Source: Thermotogota bacterium | GTDB lineage: Bacteria > Thermotogota > Thermotogae > Petrotogales > Kosmotogaceae | Length of the DNA: 64,000 bases | Direction of reading: 5' to 3' | NCBI GenBank assembly: GCA_034660555.1 | Contig: JAYEJL010000165.1 | Coordinates: 1 to 64,000 of the forward strand | Part shown: in pieces, positions 59,044 through 64,000 of the stretch | How positions within the stretch are numbered: the stretch's first letter is position 1 | How the letters are laid out: each line of letters begins with the position of its first letter | Notes under the pieces: model-generated | Told to the model about the DNA's origin: nothing | Databases searched by the model: none | What the model saw: only the letters and a program-made list of their open reading frames with translations | Position numbers and translations under genes: made by a program

Positions 59044-61458
59044 CTATTTCAATCTCTTCCATGGTATCACAGGAACAGCAAAAGTGGCAACAATCAGAGA
59101 AATTAAAACCCCTCCTGAAAGGCTCAAGCCAAAGTATCTCAATAATCTGCCCTGAGCCAGTCCAAAACTCATAAAGGCGAACATGGTTGTTACTGCTGAC
59201 ATGGTTACCGATTTCAGTGTTCGGGCAGATTCATAACGTTTGCCCTTTGATGCTCCATGTATCATATGTACCATTCCATCAACGCCAATCCCAAGAATCA
59301 ACGGAGCCGAAATAATAGTAACGAATGTCGTCTCTATACCCATTATCTCCATAACTCCGAACATAGATAGCAGTACACCAATTACCAGTATGATTAATTT
59401 GATACTATCAAAAATACTCCTTCTTTCCAGATAAATAATAAAGAAGACAAAGCCCAGCGCAAACAAAGAAACAGGGGTTGTGATTTTTCTAACCAGATTC
59501 ATCATATGATAATAAACTTTGGGATAACCTCCTGCTTCATTCTGCAACTCATCAAGACTGTCAAATAGTTTTTTTATACCATTTTCCTGATATATTCTTA
59601 GACTGGGTTCGGCTAAAAGCACGAAGTAATCTTCACCTTTTGGGGTAACATAGTACAGCTGCCTTCGGATATCTTCCGGTAGATAACCAATCATTAAATC
59701 AAGGATTTCGGATGTATTATTTGTATTTTCAGCCTTTTGAACAAATTCCACCAGTGGACTGTAATATTGATTTTTCTTCAACAACGATTCCACAACCGGA
59801 GAATCTCTAAAGGTTTCCATTGAACGAAGGACCTGCCTGAAATTTTCCAGGAAATCGGCCTCATCTTCTCCCAAAAGGTCAAGAATAGAAGTTACACTGT
59901 CAATATTCTTGTTTTCTTTGAGTCTATCTGAAATTTCCTGTAATCCTTCAATATTATCTGCAAAAAAAGGTACATTATTTGTCAACTCAGAGCCAAATAC
60001 TCTCTCAATAAGTCTTAGTGAATCCATAGTTTCAGAATCTTTCGATATCAATCCGGGTGGAGTATATGAGAAGTTGCGAATGTTATGCACCCCAAAGTAC
60101 GACAAAAAGACAATAAGCACTACCACTATGGCCAGGGAAATTCCTGAATATTTCTTTCCAAGCCTTGAAAGAAAATAGAAATATTTATCAAGGGAATGTA
60201 TTTTAGCTGAAGATCCACCCTTACTTATAGAAGTAATGGATAACGCAGGCAGGAAGAAATACATCACAGCGAAAAACACAAGGATACCAAGTGCTGTCAG
60301 AACACCCAGTTCTCTAATCGCAGGAGCATTAACAAAAGAAATGATCAAGAAAACAAAACCCGTAGTCAGAGCACTGACAAGCAGCGGGGTAGTGGTGGCT
60401 CTATATGTTCGATGTAAGATTTCTACAGGATCTCCTGTTCGTTTGGATTCATCAGCCATTCTTGTGATTATATGTATTCCGTAATCAATACCAAGACCCA
60501 GTGTTATAGCATTAAGAAATGTTGTTACTATATTTAGCTCACCAAAAATAACATATGATATCCCGAGAGTTAGAAACATCGAAACAGCCAGAGAACTGAA
60601 CATAAAAAATGTGATCCTTATACTGGAATAAGCCAAGAAGAATAACAGTGCTATTCCCATTAATGAAATAATTGTTGTAAGAGTAAAATCAAACTGGGCC
60701 TGCTGATGGGCTTCATATGTACTGAAGTGATCTCCTGTCATATTAAAATATACGTTACGATCATCTATCTTACCCTCTACCCATTCTCTCAGCTGAGGTG
60801 TAACCTTTTGCACATATGAAATATTTGTACTTGGCCTGTCAAGTTTGAATCCCATAACGAGAATCATTGGATCTTCTTCTGGAAAATGCTCTGGCATTCT
60901 AATGTAGTTCTCAAAGTGTTTGTTCTCGTTTTCGTTCAGTATTCGATTACTTATTTGTTTAAAAGAATCAATAGACAGACCTATTTCCCGAAGAACAGAA
61001 AAATCATAGTTAAGCAATCGATCAGGATTTTCTGGCAAGATTTCTTCTCCTATACTGAAATCTCGAATTTGATCAGGATTTAAAAGGAGAAGTCCTAAAG
61101 GACCTTGATTGGAGACAATATCAAAACGCACCATACTTTCAATATGTGAAAACTCTTCAGTGCTGTTAAATATCTTTTCTGCTGTTGCTTTGAGTGCTGT
61201 GATCCCATCTTGATTTTTCAAATCTGTTTTCAGTACAACATAAGATATATTAGATGAATTGTTGTTTACAGAAAAATCTTCATATTTCTGGACCACTGGA
61301 TCATCCGGGGGTAGTATTCTCATGAAGTCAGAATTTACCATAAGTTTGGAAGATAGATACGCACCAAGTATCGACATTGAAATAAAAAAGGCAACTATTG
61401 GAATTTTGTAGTTATTGATGAAATTGCTTAATTGTCTCATAAACTCACCCGGAATCAA
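59044..61458 (-). CDS. MMPL/RND family transporter
   Basis: Two repeats of TM + large soluble loop + 5 TMs; GLGIDYGIH and GIGVDGMVH motifs; SALTT/SAVTT. Confidence 0.85.
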   Translation of the reverse strand: MIPGEFMRQLSNFINNYKIPIVAFFISMSILGAYLSSKLMVNSDFMRILPPDDPVVQKYEDFSVNNNSSNISYVVLKTDLKNQDGITALKATAEKIFNSTEEFSHIESMVRFDIVSNQGPLGLLLLNPDQIRDFSIGEEILPENPDRLLNYDFSVLREIGLSIDSFKQISNRILNENENKHFENYIRMPEHFPEEDPMILVMGFKLDRPSTNISYVQKVTPQLREWVEGKIDDRNVYFNMTGDHFSTYEAHQQAQFDFTLTTIISLMGIALLFFLAYSSIRITFFMFSSLAVSMFLTLGISYVIFGELNIVTTFLNAITLGLGIDYGIHIITRMADESKRTGDPVEILHRTYRATTTPLLVSALTTGFVFLIISFVNAPAIRELGVLTALGILVFFAVMYFFLPALSITSISKGGSSAKIHSLDKYFYFLSRLGKKYSGISLAIVVVLIVFLSYFGVHNIRNFSYTPPGLISKDSETMDSLRLIERVFGSELTNNVPFFADNIEGLQEISDRLKENKNIDSVTSILDLLGEDEADFLENFRQVLRSMETFRDSPVVESLLKKNQYYSPLVEFVQKAENTNNTSEILDLMIGYLPEDIRRQLYYVTPKGEDYFVLLAEPSLRIYQENGIKKLFDSLDELQNEAGGYPKVYYHMMNLVRKITTPVSLFALGFVFFIIYLERRSIFDSIKLIILVIGVLLSMFGVMEIMGIETTFVTIISAPLILGIGVDGMVHMIHGASKGKRYESARTLKSVTMSAVTTMFAFMSFGLAQGRLLRYFGLSLSGGVLISLIVATFAVPVIPWKRLK

Positions 61459-61560
61459 TGTAAAGGTACACTGATAAAATCAATACGCTCTTTTTCTATT
61501 AGAAAATCTCTATGCTTGTCTTAAATTGTTTCATCTACGGAAAACAGGTATATTTCAGTA

Positions 61561-61609
61561 AAAAGCACCTGGATAACTCTCAGTATTCTAAAAATTAATC
61601 CCAGGTGCT
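61561..61609 (-). terminator. Probable terminator after ctpA (large-loop inverted repeat)
   Basis: AGCACCTGG...CCAGGTGCT, 9-bp arms with a 28-nt loop, followed on the minus strand by TTTT. Confidence 0.5.
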
Positions 61610-61629
61610 CATTAAAAAATTTTAGTATA

Positions 61630-62853
61630 TCACTTTAACTCTTCTAAAATGACCTCCAGCCCTTTTTGCAACTGAATGTCTTTATCAAAATCAATATTGG
61701 CTTCGGTGGTAGTCATTCCTTCATTAGAATCGATTATAGTTTCTGTTGTATCAACAGTAATGTCAGGCAAAATACCCTTTAAATGAATGTCAGAACCATT
61801 TGGAGTTAGATAATGAGCTGTTGGCAACCAGATCTCGCTACCATTTGACACATCATATACAGTTTGAACAGCTGCTTTTCCAAATGTTGTTGTCCCTATA
61901 ATCGTTGCCAGACTATGATCTTTGAGTGCACCGGTAAGGATTTCAGAACCTGAAGCACTTCCTTCGTTTATCAAAGTGACAATTGGTTTGTCTTTGAGAT
62001 ATTTAGCTGCATCACTGCCCCATGATCGATAGATCTCTTTGCTTCCATCTCTATCTTCTATCGTTATAACAGTCTTACCGGCAGGCAATAGAAGGCTGGA
62101 TATATTCAGTACACTATTCAGTAAACCACCGGGATTGTCTCTCAAATCGATAATCAAACCATCAGAATCAACAACTTCTCTCAGAGCTCTTGCAAACTCG
62201 TTGTAAGTTGGCTTACTAAATTGCGTTATTCTTATATAACCGATCTCTGCGTCTTCGTAATCAAATTGTGAATATTTAACTGTCTTGATTTCAATCTTTG
62301 CCCTTACGATGGTTATTATGAGTGGTTCTTCTAAATTATCCCTATAAACCTCTACCGTGACTTCTGTGCCAGGTTCACCTCTTAACAGATCTACCGATTT
62401 GTAATATCCAGTTTCCGCAACATCATGCCCATCTATAGTTACAATCAGGTCTCCTACTTTTAGTCCCGCCTTTCTGGCTGGAGAACCTTCCATCGGTGAA
62501 ACCACTTCAAGACATTCATATTGAGAATTATATGTTACTACTGCTCCGATCCCACCATATTTGGATTCTGTGTCTATCTTGTTTTCTTGAGTCATTCTTG
62601 GTGTAAAATACCATGCAAAGGGATCATCCAGCCCTTTCATCGTTCCAGTAAGGGTTTCGTTCAGTATGTTGTCGTAATCTACTTTATCAATATCATAATA
62701 ATTGTCTTCTATATAATTTAATATTTCAAAAACTGGTTCAAATTTGTCTCTCTTTTCCTGGTCTGTCAGATCTTTAAAAGCTCCTAAAGCAAAAACAACC
62801 ATCAGTAATGATATTACAATTGAAATTCTTATTATGTTTCTCTTCATAGTCAA
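61630..62853 (-). CDS. ctpA: S41 family C-terminal processing peptidase with PDZ domain
   Basis: LDDPF, YGGIG, SPARKAG, DLRDNPGG, SASGSE, TFGK..VQ, GILPD, D.QL. Confidence 0.92.
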   Translation of the reverse strand: MTMKRNIIRISIVISLLMVVFALGAFKDLTDQEKRDKFEPVFEILNYIEDNYYDIDKVDYDNILNETLTGTMKGLDDPFAWYFTPRMTQENKIDTESKYGGIGAVVTYNSQYECLEVVSPMEGSPARKAGLKVGDLIVTIDGHDVAETGYYKSVDLLRGEPGTEVTVEVYRDNLEEPLIITIVRAKIEIKTVKYSQFDYEDAEIGYIRITQFSKPTYNEFARALREVVDSDGLIIDLRDNPGGLLNSVLNISSLLLPAGKTVITIEDRDGSKEIYRSWGSDAAKYLKDKPIVTLINEGSASGSEILTGALKDHSLATIIGTTTFGKAAVQTVYDVSNGSEIWLPTAHYLTPNGSDIHLKGILPDITVDTTETIIDSNEGMTTTEANIDFDKDIQLQKGLEVILEELK

Positions 62854-63000
62854 TCCTCCTCAAGTTTCTCTGAATCCATATCCAAAAAAACTACGTTCTT
62901 AGATATTCACTAACTACAAATAAAATTCTTTCACTTAGACATAAGCTCTATTTTAGTTATTATTACCATTATACATTGTTGTGTTTTAATATCCTGATTT

Positions 63001-63270
63001 CTATATTCTTCTCAGGTTAATGAGATTCTCTATAAGTTCGTTTAGATTTGAAGTATCTCCTTTTTCATTTATTTCAAGAACACACTTTTTGGCATAGGTT
63101 TTGGCTATCATTTCAGAAATCTTTGAAAGTGCTGATATCACTGCGGAAACCTGATTGAGTATATCCGTGCAAGTTCTATCTTCTTCAATCATCTTTTGAA
63201 GACCTCTCAGTTGTCCTTCGGCTCTTTTCAACCTGTTTATCACTTTTTTCTTGTCTTCCGGTTTTTGCAC
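63001..63270 (-). CDS. CsoR/RcnR family transcriptional repressor
   Basis: RLKRAEGQLRGLQKMIE..C..ILNQVSAV; second Cys in YAKKC. Confidence 0.9.
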   Translation of the reverse strand: MQKPEDKKKVINRLKRAEGQLRGLQKMIEEDRTCTDILNQVSAVISALSKISEMIAKTYAKKCVLEINEKGDTSNLNELIENLINLRRI

Positions 63271-63288
63271 CGTGCATCACCTCGAATC

Positions 63289-64000
63289 TTAGTATTCGAA
63301 TGTACTGCCTCCAATGAACTCCCTTAATATCGATGTTTTTGGTATTTCTTCGAAAACTGTTAACGGTAAAAAATAATCGATGAATCTTAATAATCTTTTC
63401 GCTTCTGTATATTCCGGCTGTTTATTGTCAATTTGAACAAGTAATGGTTCTGCAAACATTTTTAAAACAGCCAGCTCGTAAATCAAAGCAGAATTAAACA
63501 TCACATCAGCTTCTTCCTGGAATGGAAAGATATTCTCCTCTTCTCCTTTCCTTACATTTGCCCACATTCTTATGGTATTCTTTGCTGAATGTCCTCTAAA
63601 TTTATAATCCCTTACTATTCTTCTTAAAAGGCGAACATCTGTTGTAGGTATTCTGTTCATATCATCAAGATTCATTTGTGTTAAGGCACTTACATATATT
63701 TTATACTTTTTTTCTTTGGGTATTGAACTTGTCAACCTTTCATTCAAACCATGAATGCCTTCCACAATTATGAGTTGATCCTTTTCCAATCTGGTTGGTT
63801 TGTCACGGTATTCCCGTTTCCCAACCTTGAAATGATATTTTGGTAATATAACCTCTTTGCCCATCATTAAATCAGTCATATTTTTATTAAATAATTCCAG
63901 ATCAAGTGCTTCAATAGATTCAAAATCGTAGTTCCCATTTTCATCCAGAGGTGTCTGATCCCTGTTAACAAAATAATCATCAATAGAAATCTGCAAAGAC
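63289..64000 (-). CDS. Uridine kinase/phosphoribulokinase-like nucleoside kinase (5' part outside the window)
   Basis: ISIDDYF, DFESIEALD, EGIHGLN, RLLRRIVRD..FRG, GEE.NIFP, LREFIGGS; frame open to the window edge. Confidence 0.85.
   Translation of the reverse strand, partial: SLQISIDDYFVNRDQTPLDENGNYDFESIEALDLELFNKNMTDLMMGKEVILPKYHFKVGKREYRDKPTRLEKDQLIIVEGIHGLNERLTSSIPKEKKYKIYVSALTQMNLDDMNRIPTTDVRLLRRIVRDYKFRGHSAKNTIRMWANVRKGEEENIFPFQEEADVMFNSALIYELAVLKMFAEPLLVQIDNKQPEYTEAKRLLRFIDYFLPLTVFEEIPKTSILREFIGGSTFEY

Noticed and set aside
1..64000. CRISPR arrays, IS elements, prophage, retron/RT, toxin-antitoxin or restriction systems
   Set aside because: No repeat-spacer arrays or transposase, integrase, RT or effector nuclease motifs seen by eye; nearly all sequence is explained by housekeeping or metabolic genes, and the remaining short track ORFs are overlapping shadows.

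Overview
A gene-dense, low-GC bacterial chromosomal segment. Gene content and order (a mur cluster without fts genes other than ftsW, hrcA-grpE-dnaJ without dnaK, a giant MalG, a DDPx-type MurE) point to Thermotogota; this taxon call is inference. In order, it holds: the 5' part of a large Cys-containing Ig-repeat lipoprotein missed by the ORF track; xseAB; panD-tmcAL-priA; an Opp/Dpp ABC operon; tRNA-Val; a GH38 alpha-mannosidase; a minimal SprT protein; wecB; a methylmalonyl-CoA operon (split mutase, MeaB, epimerase, carboxyltransferase, OadG/MmdD-like subunit, biotin carrier, no Na+-pump beta subunit); an M42 peptidase; a B12-type radical SAM protein; murE-murF-mraY-murD-ftsW-murG-murC; a CIRCE-controlled hrcA-grpE-dnaJ-yitT-tsaB-nth-like run; a malEFG-like operon plus a phosphodiesterase; a biotin-less OadA-like carboxyltransferase; mnmG; tRNA-Ile2; yhhQ; psuG; a rhomboid protease; tRNA-Arg; gdhA; an amidohydrolase; an MMPL/DUF3307-like/PPP-phosphatase cluster; ctpA; a CsoR-family regulator; and a partial uridine-kinase-like gene. 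I saw no mobile elements, CRISPR arrays or defence systems. The region is mostly housekeeping. The best leads are the ~640-aa helical insert in MalG, the modular biotin-dependent carboxyl-transfer set lacking a pump subunit, the DxCGNE-repeat lipoprotein, the overlapping murE/hrcA promoters with a CIRCE over the RBS, and a His-less CsoR-family sensor.
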